A stretch of DNA of 53,600 bases from a virus (Duplodnaviria; Caudoviricetes), in IMG/VR virus record IMGVR_UViG_3300014060_000001, positions 1 to 53,600 of that record. One strand, written 5' to 3'. The notes below the pieces were generated by a model. The model searched no databases. It saw nothing but the letters and a program-made list of their open reading frames with translations, and was not told the DNA's origin. A program made the translations under genes and the position numbers. Positions 17,125 to 27,099 of the stretch are shown piece after piece; position 1 is the stretch's first letter; the number at the start of each line of letters is the position of its first letter.

Positions 17125-17547
17125 ATGATTAAAAGGACTAAAAAGTCCGCTAATGCTAAAGTTAGAAACGCTACGCCAAATATAGTAGACGGGATTAGAT
17201 TTTTAAGTAAATTAGAATCTTATTGCTATAAAGCTTTAAAAGAAGCTGGTATTGAAGCAGAATATGAACCTCATAGCTATATCTTATTAGAACCTTTCAA
17301 ATACAATGGAGAATCAATACGTAAAATGTCGTACAAACCAGACTTTGTAGGAGATGGATTTATTATAGAATGTAAAGGGATGATGACTGAGACATTTCCA
17401 TTAAGATGGAAGATGTTCAAGTGGTATCTATTTCGTAATAATATTGAAGTAGACTTATACTTGCCAAGGAATCAGAAGCAAGTTAATGAAGTTATACAAA
17501 AAATTAAGGATAAAATAAATGGAAGACAAGAACTATTACCAACGTAA
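17125..17547 (+). CDS. PD-(D/E)xK endonuclease (endonuclease I / DUF1064-like, possible Holliday junction resolvase)
   Basis: FLSKLE, YKPDF, IIECKG motifs. Confidence 0.8.
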   Translation: MIKRTKKSANAKVRNATPNIVDGIRFLSKLESYCYKALKEAGIEAEYEPHSYILLEPFKYNGESIRKMSYKPDFVGDGFIIECKGMMTETFPLRWKMFKWYLFRNNIEVDLYLPRNQKQVNEVIQKIKDKINGRQELLPT

Positions 17548-18469
17548 AGGATACGTATCAAATAGCGCTCTAAACTGTCTCTTAAAATCTCCAGCAACTT
17601 TCAAAAAATATATAGACGGACTATTAGAAGAAGAATCTAAAGACTATTTTAGATTTGGACAATTAGTACATCTTAGGATATTAGAACCTAAAGAATTTGA
17701 TGATACAGTACTAGTATATGACTATACAGTACCTAAATCCCCTCAGCAGAAATCTTTTGTAGAAGATGTTTACAATGTATATGATGAAGATACTTTATCA
17801 GATATACTTACACAAAGTTATAAGCAAAATTACGCAACTAAAGAATCTGATGATAAGATACTTGATAAAGCCACGGTACTTTACGCTACTCTTAAATCAT
17901 ATGCAACCTTTCTTAGAATTAAGGATGTTAAAACTATAATCTCAACAAAGGAATTTGAAAAGATTAAAGATATGGAGTTAAGCTGTAGAAATCATAAAGT
18001 AGCTAAACACTTGCTATTTGATTTACCGCATCCTCTAGCTAAAGAGAATGAAGACTCTTATAATGAGTTTGAAATATTATGGGAATACAATGGAGTTAAG
18101 TGTAAAAGCTTGGTGGATAGAGTAGTTGTAGACCATACTAATAAAATAATTAAACTTATAGATTTTAAAACTACTGCTAAATTACATTCTTTTAACGAAT
18201 CGTATAAAAACTTTGGATATGATAGACAATTAGCATTTTATACTAAAGCCTTAGCACATAAATTAAATCTAGAAGACTACACGTTTGAACATTATATTGT
18301 TGCATGTGATACAATTACACATGAGACTAAAGTTTTTAAAATCGACAGCATACAAGATGCTACTGAAGAAATTGAGAAACTACTAGACAGAGCTAAATGG
18401 CATATAGATAATAACCAGTATGAGCATAGTATGGAATACTATACTAAAGATGGATACGAAACACTCTAG
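17519..18469 (+). CDS. PD-(D/E)xK exonuclease (RecE/Exo VIII-like)
   Basis: VSNSAL, FGQLVH..ILEP, CKSLVDR, IDFKTT, YDRQLAFY. Confidence 0.85.
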   Translation: MEDKNYYQRKGYVSNSALNCLLKSPATFKKYIDGLLEEESKDYFRFGQLVHLRILEPKEFDDTVLVYDYTVPKSPQQKSFVEDVYNVYDEDTLSDILTQSYKQNYATKESDDKILDKATVLYATLKSYATFLRIKDVKTIISTKEFEKIKDMELSCRNHKVAKHLLFDLPHPLAKENEDSYNEFEILWEYNGVKCKSLVDRVVVDHTNKIIKLIDFKTTAKLHSFNESYKNFGYDRQLAFYTKALAHKLNLEDYTFEHYIVACDTITHETKVFKIDSIQDATEEIEKLLDRAKWHIDNNQYEHSMEYYTKDGYETL

Positions 18470-18851
18470 AACTAATACTACATTATTTTTATTACCATTA
18501 CTTGGAGATAGTAGAGATTATTTAACTAATCATAATAATTGGTTTATTAATTCATATTTAAAAGATGATTGTATAGTACTAATTTACAGTTATAACTCTG
18601 TAGAGGTACTAGAATACAAAATGCTTACCCCTGATGTAAAAGAAACTATCAAATATTTCACAGAGGGCTGTTACAGTCAAATACCAGGTAAACACAAACA
18701 GACAATACTTAAATTTTGGGACGCTAAAAAAGGCTCAAAATTACATAACATACTCTACCCTGAATATTTTCATATGGAGAATTATGGTAGACCAATAAAG
18801 GCTGAAATATGGCCTAAACCTAACATGGAATTAGAAACTTATAAACCTTAA
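18450..18851 (+). CDS. hypothetical protein
   Basis: ORF 18420..18851; second ATG (MDTKHS) gives the smaller overlap. Confidence 0.7.
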   Translation: MDTKHSRTNTTLFLLPLLGDSRDYLTNHNNWFINSYLKDDCIVLIYSYNSVEVLEYKMLTPDVKETIKYFTEGCYSQIPGKHKQTILKFWDAKKGSKLHNILYPEYFHMENYGRPIKAEIWPKPNMELETYKP

Positions 18852-18854
18852 GAA

Positions 18855-19508
18855 ATGAACCCTTTCACAATAAATTTAATAAATAGGCTTCTTAGTCAAT
18901 TCAGTTTAGTGTGGGAAAATGAAGTATTATACTATGTACACCAATTACAACATGATGTTGTAAAAGTAGAAGTATCTCCTGACCCTGATGACGTATTAAA
19001 TTTATTAGGGCTTCCATCAGATATAGGTTACAATATAATATACGATTCCCACCTTATTGCAAGTAGCAGGTACTTTAATTGGAAAGTACTTAAAAAGAAC
19101 AAAGACGAAATAAGGCCATTTTTAGCCTTTTTAAAGGACTATAACTATAAAACTAGTACTTATACCAGAAATGGTATTAACGTCATTAAAACGCTTAAAA
19201 AGCACCTTAATTTGGATATTACATCTCTTATTAACTCCGTAGTACCTGAAGATTACGATTTTAAAGAAATCAGGAATAAATACAATGGCAAATTAGTAAA
19301 TAGATGGATAAAAGAAAATGAATGTAACGAAGTATTTTGGGTAGTAGATAAGGAATTTAAATCCTACATTATGAAATATAATGAAAGTAACTTTGACTAT
19401 TACCTATACAATACTTCAGCTAAACACATACGGATAGATTTTATAGATTTCATATTATTTAGAAAAGCGTTTTCAGAACAGTTAGAAAATCTAGATTTAC
19501 CTTTTTAG
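18855..19508 (+). CDS. hypothetical protein with C-terminal DLPF tail
   Basis: 217 aa, ends ENLDLPF. Confidence 0.75.
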   Translation: MNPFTINLINRLLSQFSLVWENEVLYYVHQLQHDVVKVEVSPDPDDVLNLLGLPSDIGYNIIYDSHLIASSRYFNWKVLKKNKDEIRPFLAFLKDYNYKTSTYTRNGINVIKTLKKHLNLDITSLINSVVPEDYDFKEIRNKYNGKLVNRWIKENECNEVFWVVDKEFKSYIMKYNESNFDYYLYNTSAKHIRIDFIDFILFRKAFSEQLENLDLPF

Positions 19509-19511
19509 ACT

Positions 19512-19676
19512 ATGAAGACAGAATTTAAATCTATTAAAATAGGTAAGGACTTTAAGTTATATAATGACAGTCCCATTACCTACACAAAGAAAACTAAGAA
19601 TGATGCTAAATGCAAGGATGCAGAATACGGCATCATACTAGCAATTGATCAAGTTGTTTTTGCACAAGACAAATGA
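19512..19676 (+). CDS. small hypothetical protein (54 aa, below ORF-track cutoff)
   Basis: MKTEFKSIKIGKDFKLY...VVFAQDK*, fills the gap between the upstream stop and a terminator. Confidence 0.65.
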   Translation: MKTEFKSIKIGKDFKLYNDSPITYTKKTKNDAKCKDAEYGIILAIDQVVFAQDK

Positions 19677-19682
19677 TTACCC

Positions 19683-19721
19683 AAAGCCTCAGCTATTAAA
19701 TTAGTTGGGGCTTTTTTATTT
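19683..19721 (+). terminator. intrinsic terminator
   Basis: AAAGCCTCAGCT-loop-AGTTGGGGCTTT followed by T tract. Confidence 0.8.
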
Positions 19722-19734
19722 AAACACTATTACT

Positions 19735-20721
19735 ATGTTTAGAGTATCAGATACAAATGAGTACACCATAATGGGTGTAAAAGAAAAAAACATAAGTACA
19801 ACTTTACCAGCAGGACTATATTCTTACAAAAGAGTATCTATAGGATTTTCAATAAATGAAGAACTTAAAAGAATTGAAAGATACAAGGATTCAAGAAGAC
19901 CTAAATCTGGAATCTTTCAAGAAGCAGTTGAATATTTTGATAAATTCTTTGACGAAGACTATAAAACAATTCGTAAAGAAATGAAAATGTTTAACAAGCT
20001 GAACGTTATTTTTAATGGGGTCCCAGGTTCTGGAAAAACTCATATAGCATGCACTTTAGCTGAAGAATACGTAGCTAAATATGATGCAATTGGTCTAGTA
20101 ATAGACAATATTAATAACGTAGATTTTGGTAAACTTATTGACGATATTCGTATTAACGATAGAGATCCTAACAGGCTTATTGTTATTGTTCTTGACGAAC
20201 TTGAAAAAAATGGGTATAATAACTTGACTAATTCACGCTTTTTAGGTTATTTAGATGGGGCAGAGTCTAGGGAAAATGTAATCACTATTGCTACTTCCAA
20301 TGACATTTCTTCTTTGCCTGGTTTCTTAATCAATAGAAAAGGTAGATTTGAAAAAAAATGGGATTTCTCTTTTAAGGATTCACCTGATACTATACGAGAA
20401 ACTTCTATTACTTTAAACCCTTCTTTAGAAGATAAAAAGGAATTACTAGATAATATAGTGACTAACTGTATTAGTTTAGAAATTGAAACTGTAGACGATC
20501 TTAGATTTCTTATCTTAGAAACTATTTTTGAATTTAATAAGACAGGTAATTTAAATACAGACATTGAAAAAGAAGTTAAAGAAAACAAAAAAGAATTATC
20601 TATACCTGAGAAAATAAAGAAGTTTACTAAAGATTACAATGAAAAGCTTCAACATTCTTTTTGTTTAGATGTGGAAGAAATACAAGATCTAGAAGACTCT
20701 ATTATAACATCCTTACAATAA
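19735..20721 (+). CDS. AAA+ ATPase
   Basis: GVPGSGKT Walker A, IVLDE Walker B, ATSN sensor, RKGRF arginine finger; ATG at 19735. Confidence 0.9.
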   Translation: MFRVSDTNEYTIMGVKEKNISTTLPAGLYSYKRVSIGFSINEELKRIERYKDSRRPKSGIFQEAVEYFDKFFDEDYKTIRKEMKMFNKLNVIFNGVPGSGKTHIACTLAEEYVAKYDAIGLVIDNINNVDFGKLIDDIRINDRDPNRLIVIVLDELEKNGYNNLTNSRFLGYLDGAESRENVITIATSNDISSLPGFLINRKGRFEKKWDFSFKDSPDTIRETSITLNPSLEDKKELLDNIVTNCISLEIETVDDLRFLILETIFEFNKTGNLNTDIEKEVKENKKELSIPEKIKKFTKDYNEKLQHSFCLDVEEIQDLEDSIITSLQ

Positions 20722-20731
20722 AATATACATT

Positions 20732-21418
20732 ATGATTAAAGTAAATAAAGAAGTAGTCGGACAGGCTACAGAGTCTAAAACAGCTGAAGCTGTACTTAAT
20801 ACATCTTTACAATTTTCTAAATCTTTAGACAAAGTTAATGAGAAGCGTATTGGAGATGTAGAAAGATATACAGAAGAGATTACAGATCTTAAAGTTGAAA
20901 ACACTATTCTTAAGAATCAGGTTGAAAATCTTAGAGTTGAATCTGATAAGATTTTAATAGGCAATGCTGACCCTTTTCGCTCGACTACGTTTATTAAACG
21001 AGATCTGAATGACAGTCGTGTAAAAGATTTATTAGACAAGTCTCTTACAGATGAAATTAAAGAACTGAAAGATAAACTAATTGCAAAACAAAATTATTTA
21101 GAAATAGTTGAAGGAGAAAACAGAAGCCTTAACAATTTAAGTAAAATAGCAGAATTTAAACATAAGGAAAAAGAAGATGAAAGTTTAAGATTCTTTGAAA
21201 ATAAATTACGTAAGAAAGAACTTGAAATTCTTAATTTTAAACAGACTTATGAGTCTGAAATTGCCAATTTACGTACAGCGGCTGGTATTGCTAACAAAGC
21301 TTTAACTAGATTTAAAAACCAAGTTAATACAAGTTGGTTATTACGTGTATTCAATAAAAACCTAAATGAGCTTAAACCTCTTTTAAACAATATTGATGTA
21401 GTAGCTTACCGAGTATAG
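20732..21418 (+). CDS. coiled-coil protein
   Basis: 228 aa with heptad-like E/K/L pattern. Confidence 0.75.
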   Translation: MIKVNKEVVGQATESKTAEAVLNTSLQFSKSLDKVNEKRIGDVERYTEEITDLKVENTILKNQVENLRVESDKILIGNADPFRSTTFIKRDLNDSRVKDLLDKSLTDEIKELKDKLIAKQNYLEIVEGENRSLNNLSKIAEFKHKEKEDESLRFFENKLRKKELEILNFKQTYESEIANLRTAAGIANKALTRFKNQVNTSWLLRVFNKNLNELKPLLNNIDVVAYRV

Positions 21419-21428
21419 TAAATAAAAA

Positions 21429-21458
21429 AAGCAGTGTGGATTGAACCCTACACTGCTT
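21429..21458. terminator. hairpin, possible terminator (T tract on - strand)
   Basis: AAGCAGTGT/ACACTGCTT stem preceded by an A7 run. Confidence 0.5.
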
Positions 21459-21511
21459 ACTAAGTCCTACAGAGACTATTTAATAATTACTAACATTTTG
21501 AATTTTACAGT

Positions 21512-22195
21512 ATGAATACCAACTTAAAACAATTACAGCAATATAAAGGGTCTAAGAAAGAATTCGCATTTTTGAAACCCGTAACTGAATACATCGCAGA
21601 ACATTATGGTGAAATTCAGGATGACCTAAGTATTTCTAACATGCAAGAAATTCTTGAAGAAATTCAAGGTATTAACACTGAGTATAACGAAGTATTTGTA
21701 CATTACAGTACTCCAGAAACTATTTATTTTTTTAGTAAATATGGTTTACACCTTTACAAAAAAGAAACAGATAAAGAGGGGGTAGATAATACACTTTTTA
21801 ATTGTTCACGGAGCGTTAAATATGTCTCTATATCTAATTTATACTATATTGCAGATTTTAATCTGTATGAAGAGTATTTAGAAGAACAAAGACAAGAAAG
21901 AGTTAAAGAAAGTATACAGTACCATTTAGATGTCGCTAAAAAACGACAAGAAGAAGAAGATAAATTACAACTAAAGATCGTAGAGGATAAACGTCTACGT
22001 GCTAAATATGGCTTGAAACTAAATGAGGATACTAATAAAGCTAAAGCATTAGAAACTATTTTAGAATCTACTGATAAAGCTGCTCAGTATAAAGCCTTTA
22101 GTGAACTTCAAAATTCTAGAATTGACGAAAATTATATACGTGAAATAGCTAATGAAGAAGCTGAAGATGTGTATAGCGAACGTAACAATTGGTAG
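21512..22195 (+). CDS. hypothetical protein
   Basis: 227 aa, charged helical C-terminus; last gene of the + block. Confidence 0.8.
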   Translation: MNTNLKQLQQYKGSKKEFAFLKPVTEYIAEHYGEIQDDLSISNMQEILEEIQGINTEYNEVFVHYSTPETIYFFSKYGLHLYKKETDKEGVDNTLFNCSRSVKYVSISNLYYIADFNLYEEYLEEQRQERVKESIQYHLDVAKKRQEEEDKLQLKIVEDKRLRAKYGLKLNEDTNKAKALETILESTDKAAQYKAFSELQNSRIDENYIREIANEEAEDVYSERNNW

Positions 22196-22213
22196 AACTT
22201 GATTTAAGGCTAT

Positions 22214-22295
22214 TTTAAGCCCATTTAAGCGCCTTTAACGTTCGTATGGTACATTGTATCCGCTGTCGTCTGTTAATGTCTTAAATGGGCTTAAA
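22214..22295. repeat. 16-bp perfect inverted repeat at the convergence of the two gene blocks
   Basis: TTTAAGCCCATTTAAG (22214-22229) / CTTAAATGGGCTTAAA (22280-22295). Confidence 0.85.
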
Positions 22296-22307
22296 TTGAA
22301 TATAATA

Positions 22308-22354
22308 GAAAAAGGGGCAGTACTCAATTAAGAATACTGCCCCTTTACTTTTTT
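22308..22354. terminator. bidirectional intrinsic terminator
   Basis: AAAAAGGGGCAGTA ... TACTGCCCCTTTACTTTTTT between convergent blocks. Confidence 0.85.
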
Positions 22355-22515
22355 ACACTATAAGGTACAACCTCAAGTATATATACTATTATTAGTATGC
22401 ATACTATAACTTATACCTTTACGCCTTCCCCTCCATACCCTACGCTTGTAGAATGAAAAGGTTACGATTTTAACTGTATATTTACAAATAAGTCGTCCAC
22501 AGACTGACATGTAGC

Positions 22516-25500
22516 CTATTTTATGAAGAATGCTAGAGAATCTTCTATATCCCTAACCTTATAAGCCTGCTTTACAACTGGTGTTAAATTCATAATAGTC
22601 TTGAGAATCTTAGGATTACCTTTCCAATTTCCTCTTTCATATACTTCTGTAGGAGAAAACATCTGAACAGCTAGCTTGATTATGTTCTCTATAACAGAAA
22701 CTGATACAGCAGGATTACTTATAATAGTCATAGTTTCCAATGGGTAAGCAAAGAAAAGCATCTCAGATTTAACACGTAAAGTTAAATAAGCGCCTAATGC
22801 ATATGCATACTTTGCTTTATCATCATCTGACTCGCCTTTAAGAGTAAGGAATAGTCCTGACAGTGCAGTTAACAGCATTGCAAATCCAAATTCTGACGCC
22901 CCCCTAATTATATTAGACTGCTCTCTAGGAGATAACTCTTTCCAATTTTCAGTAAAAGCCGCAAATCCCAATGCTCTAGTTTCTTTAGTAGAATTAATGA
23001 CAAATTTAGCTATGCCTCTATAACTACCTTCTGTATAATCCTCTAAAAATTCATTAGTAATTTGCCTTTGAAATCTCTTCTTATATCCTGGTACAATAAA
23101 CTTTCTAAACATGAAAGCAGCTCTACCAACCATAGTCCTTTGTGCTGCATTTTTACCTAACTCAGAATACTCGCCATGTAGCCTAGCTAATAATCTCTTA
23201 GTCTTAGCGCCAAATAAATGAAAATCTTCTTCTGTCCAGTTAGATTTTACTCTATCAACTTTATCACTTAGAACTAGTTGTCCATCCTTTACTGAGTAAT
23301 GTTCGTAAATAGAACCGATATCTTCACCCTTACTATTTTTAGCTTTTACATTATTAAGCATAGCAAGCATTACACGAGTCTGCATAAAATGCTCCCCTAT
23401 ATTAGATATGAAGAATAAAGAACTGGTTTTCATCAGTCTAGCAAATTTGCTATTCTCTTTATAAGTTCCACCTTCGTATTCATTTAAGATATTAAACTGT
23501 TCATTCAAGTGAGTTATAACAGATTCACCTGTTACTTCTCCTACGTCGCCCATTATTACACCCATTTCTTTACCGTATTGTATAGAAGCTGTGTGTAAAT
23601 CTTTTAAGGTTATAAACTCTCCTGCAATAGCTTCTGTTACTTGTTGTAATTCCCCCATAGATACGTTAGATATACCTTGTATTAAGTTTAAACCTAACAT
23701 ATTATAAGCTGCATACTTGCCCAATCCGTCCACCATCTTAGCTTTATCTAACTTCCAACCCATTATATCCCATGAGCCTTCATCTATTTTAGTTTGGCCA
23801 AACATAGTAGATTTAACAAAGCTTTCCATCATACCAGGAAGGTTTGCATCTACCCCCTTAGTTACAGTTGAACCCACTTTGTCTTTACCTAAGGCTTTTC
23901 TAATAATATTACCATTAGCATCTTTCTTAGTATAATCACGTTGTTTAGATATATACATAACATGGTCTATTTCAGGTAATATATCACGCATAGTAACAAA
24001 TCTATCAGCCATTGTATGATACTTAGTGTATAAGTTCATCAAGTCATAAGACTGGTCAGCATCGTTCCATTCTATAGACTTTGAATGCGTTACCTTAATA
24101 GAGTTAACATCTATCCCTACTACATTAAGCATGGTTTTACTAATAGCCTCCTCAGCAGTATTTGCTTTTACAGTTCTAGTATGAGTTTTAAACTCTTTAC
24201 CTCTAGCCTCTGCTAACTTCTGCCTGTCCTCGTTGACTACTAGCTTATAAGTAACTATGTGTTCGTGTGTTTCAGCTGATCTGTTGTAATAGTAAGGAAG
24301 AAAGTCTATAGGTTTATCGTTCTCATCTGTATACTGCCCTCTTTCTATATCGTCAAGTCTACGCTGTGTCATATCCTTAAGACCTTCTTTCAAAGTTTTA
24401 CCAACAGGTTGACCATCTGTATACCTTTCTACTGAGTCTTTAAGTAGGAATGGTAATTGGTATGTTTTCCTTTTATCATGTGGTAATTCGGAATTCAGGT
24501 TTGTAAGAGTATCTGTAATAAGATTATAAAATTCAGCTTGTGCAGATTTAGGATTGTCTTTTAAAAACTTTTCAAATGCAGCCCATTTAGGGTTAACCCA
24601 TTTCTCAATTGGGTTTCTATAAGTATCTTTATTAACTCTTATCCATCTCATTACATCGTTAGCAGCCTCTATACTATCTATATCGAATACATCATATAAC
24701 TTAGGCCTATAAGCATATGGAATCTCTTGTGATAAGAAATACTTTTGCATATCTTCCTCGGTCATTCTATGTTCTGATATAAGAGTTTCCATATGAATTC
24801 TTAAAGCCTTATTATACTCTACTATATCTAAAGGGTTGTTTTCATTCTCCCAACTGTAATTAAGTTGAGCAGCGTCCTTATAAGGTAAATGTGCATGGCT
24901 TAACTTAATACGCTCACGCTCTTTATCCATTTCACTTATATGCTTATTTATAAAGTACCCAGTTCTTTTTCCTTCTTTATTAGTTTCTAACATGAATGAG
25001 TATACGTCAGCTACGTTAGTACTGCCATATACATACCCAGACTCTTTATAAAGCTTTTTAACTAGGCTCCAAGCCTTATTTTTAAACTCTACAGATCTTA
25101 CCCTAGTCTCACTATCTTTAAGTACAATAAGCTTAACAGCGGCCCCCATAACAGCGTCATTTGTATCTAACATGTTATCTAACCAAGCAGTTACTTTGCC
25201 TACATCCTCAGAAGCTAAATCCATTTCTGTTAATAGTAAAGTCTTAGTATCTTCTATTACAGCGTTTATATTCTTCTTCATGTAAGTATCAGCATAATCT
25301 TCTTGCTTCTTCTTTGCTTCTGCCCTTGAAAGTCCGTGATTTTTATTATTTTCACGCCACTCTTTCATTTTAAGGTTTTTAACCTCTATACTTACTTTGC
25401 CTGAATACCTTTTAAGTACATTAGAATTCATCTCGTTACCTCTTAATCTGTACTGAGATTTAAGGTCATTCTTTTTAGCTACTATCTCTTGAAGCTTTCT

Positions 25501-27072
25501 TTTCATACGGTTGAAAATCTTACCTTCAATCTTACCCTCTGTACCTAAGAAACCCTCATTTGTAAGCAAGTTAACTACATCATCAAGAATATCGTACGAA
25601 GACATTAAGTCGTTCCACCTACTCAGGTCTTGTAATTTAAACGCTTCATTATCTCCAGCTTCTAGTTTCTTTTGTTTAGTCTCGTATATAGAATACTCAC
25701 GATTAATAAAACTAGCTGAATTAGCTACAAATTGAAATATAGCATTCTTATCCCTATTATGCTCTTCTTGTAGTTCATATAGTAAAGCCCTTAGTTCAGA
25801 TAGTTCCTCTGCCCTACCTCCTGCTTGCGCTTTACTAATCCTAGTAGTTATAATATTAGTAGCTTTCTGCCTAATTTTTTGGTATTCATCTAATAGTTTT
25901 CTATCAGGTTTAATGAAGTCATAATCTCCTTCCGGGTCTTTTTCAAATGTTACATCCTCTTCCTCTGTAATATCCCCTAAAGGAACTGATTCTTGGCTAT
26001 ATACAGACTGTTTACCAGTGTATTTACTAGAGTCTAAAGGCTTACCTTTAAGTAGATCGTTAGCTAGCTTTCTAGCGTTATTCTTAGTAAGTCCAGTTCT
26101 AAACATTAACCATCTAAAGAATCTATTAAGCCAGGTTTCAAATTTAGATTGATTATTTTCCCTATCAAATATTTCTGCAACTTCCATACCTATTGCAGTA
26201 GCAAGTATTTCTTTCTTAATATACTCCTCAGTACGATCTGCGTAAGTCTCACGTACCTTTTTAGCCATTGAGGTACCTTCAAGCTGTTCTATACCATCTG
26301 CAATGAAAGAGTCGCTTAAACCGCCTCTAAGGTCTATTAAAAGGTGTCCAAACTCATGCCCTACAGTGTCTTTGGTCATAGTCTCAGGGTTGACACGTAT
26401 TACGTTTCCCGGCTCTAGTACACCTTTAGATTCTAACTTGTTATCGTACTTTACCTCTGATACCTGTGGGAGAGTAGATAGGAGAATTGTTTCTAATTCA
26501 GACTGTTGCTGTTCTTGAAATCTTTCTGTGGAGCTGTTTAAATTCCTGGACTTGCTATTATATAGAATATCGCTACTACTAATATGATTAATAGGGAGTA
26601 TATCTTCATTAGCTTCTTCTTCCCGCCGCTTAAATTCCTGATAGTTTTTGTATGCTTCCTCAGTAGCCATCGTATCATTAGCATCTGCTTGTGTTTCTTT
26701 AGCAAATTCTTCAACTGCTTTCCTAGGTAATGGGTAGCCTTCAATTTTAATACCGTATTCCCCTTTAGTATCAGGTGCTACATATTTAATAATATAATTT
26801 CCTACATAGTTTTCTCTTATTTGCTTTACCAAGTCTGCGGCTTTATCCCTACTAAATCCTTTATATAACTTAGTACGCTTACCGTTATCACTTTTCCAAT
26901 TTAATAATTTTAGCTCATTCTCTACATTCCATATGAACTGGTTTTGCTCCCTACCTTGTAGATAGGGAACAGTTTCACCATTTTTCATAAAGATATAGTA
27001 CGCACCGTCTTTACCAAATTTGTCAACTAGATCACTCCAGTCTTTTAAATTAATATTTGGACATTTTGCCAT
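22516..27072 (-). CDS. large virion cargo/ejection protein with zincin-like motif
   Basis: 1518 aa; MAKCPN start, VGHEFGH (HExxH at 26344-26358), hydrophobic C-terminal helices; follows the vRNAP gene as in crAss-like phages. Confidence 0.75.
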   Translation of the reverse strand: MAKCPNINLKDWSDLVDKFGKDGAYYIFMKNGETVPYLQGREQNQFIWNVENELKLLNWKSDNGKRTKLYKGFSRDKAADLVKQIRENYVGNYIIKYVAPDTKGEYGIKIEGYPLPRKAVEEFAKETQADANDTMATEEAYKNYQEFKRREEEANEDILPINHISSSDILYNSKSRNLNSSTERFQEQQQSELETILLSTLPQVSEVKYDNKLESKGVLEPGNVIRVNPETMTKDTVGHEFGHLLIDLRGGLSDSFIADGIEQLEGTSMAKKVRETYADRTEEYIKKEILATAIGMEVAEIFDRENNQSKFETWLNRFFRWLMFRTGLTKNNARKLANDLLKGKPLDSSKYTGKQSVYSQESVPLGDITEEEDVTFEKDPEGDYDFIKPDRKLLDEYQKIRQKATNIITTRISKAQAGGRAEELSELRALLYELQEEHNRDKNAIFQFVANSASFINREYSIYETKQKKLEAGDNEAFKLQDLSRWNDLMSSYDILDDVVNLLTNEGFLGTEGKIEGKIFNRMKRKLQEIVAKKNDLKSQYRLRGNEMNSNVLKRYSGKVSIEVKNLKMKEWRENNKNHGLSRAEAKKKQEDYADTYMKKNINAVIEDTKTLLLTEMDLASEDVGKVTAWLDNMLDTNDAVMGAAVKLIVLKDSETRVRSVEFKNKAWSLVKKLYKESGYVYGSTNVADVYSFMLETNKEGKRTGYFINKHISEMDKERERIKLSHAHLPYKDAAQLNYSWENENNPLDIVEYNKALRIHMETLISEHRMTEEDMQKYFLSQEIPYAYRPKLYDVFDIDSIEAANDVMRWIRVNKDTYRNPIEKWVNPKWAAFEKFLKDNPKSAQAEFYNLITDTLTNLNSELPHDKRKTYQLPFLLKDSVERYTDGQPVGKTLKEGLKDMTQRRLDDIERGQYTDENDKPIDFLPYYYNRSAETHEHIVTYKLVVNEDRQKLAEARGKEFKTHTRTVKANTAEEAISKTMLNVVGIDVNSIKVTHSKSIEWNDADQSYDLMNLYTKYHTMADRFVTMRDILPEIDHVMYISKQRDYTKKDANGNIIRKALGKDKVGSTVTKGVDANLPGMMESFVKSTMFGQTKIDEGSWDIMGWKLDKAKMVDGLGKYAAYNMLGLNLIQGISNVSMGELQQVTEAIAGEFITLKDLHTASIQYGKEMGVIMGDVGEVTGESVITHLNEQFNILNEYEGGTYKENSKFARLMKTSSLFFISNIGEHFMQTRVMLAMLNNVKAKNSKGEDIGSIYEHYSVKDGQLVLSDKVDRVKSNWTEEDFHLFGAKTKRLLARLHGEYSELGKNAAQRTMVGRAAFMFRKFIVPGYKKRFQRQITNEFLEDYTEGSYRGIAKFVINSTKETRALGFAAFTENWKELSPREQSNIIRGASEFGFAMLLTALSGLFLTLKGESDDDKAKYAYALGAYLTLRVKSEMLFFAYPLETMTIISNPAVSVSVIENIIKLAVQMFSPTEVYERGNWKGNPKILKTIMNLTPVVKQAYKVRDIEDSLAFFIK

Positions 27073-27099
27073 TATACTATATTTTAATTAATTATATTA

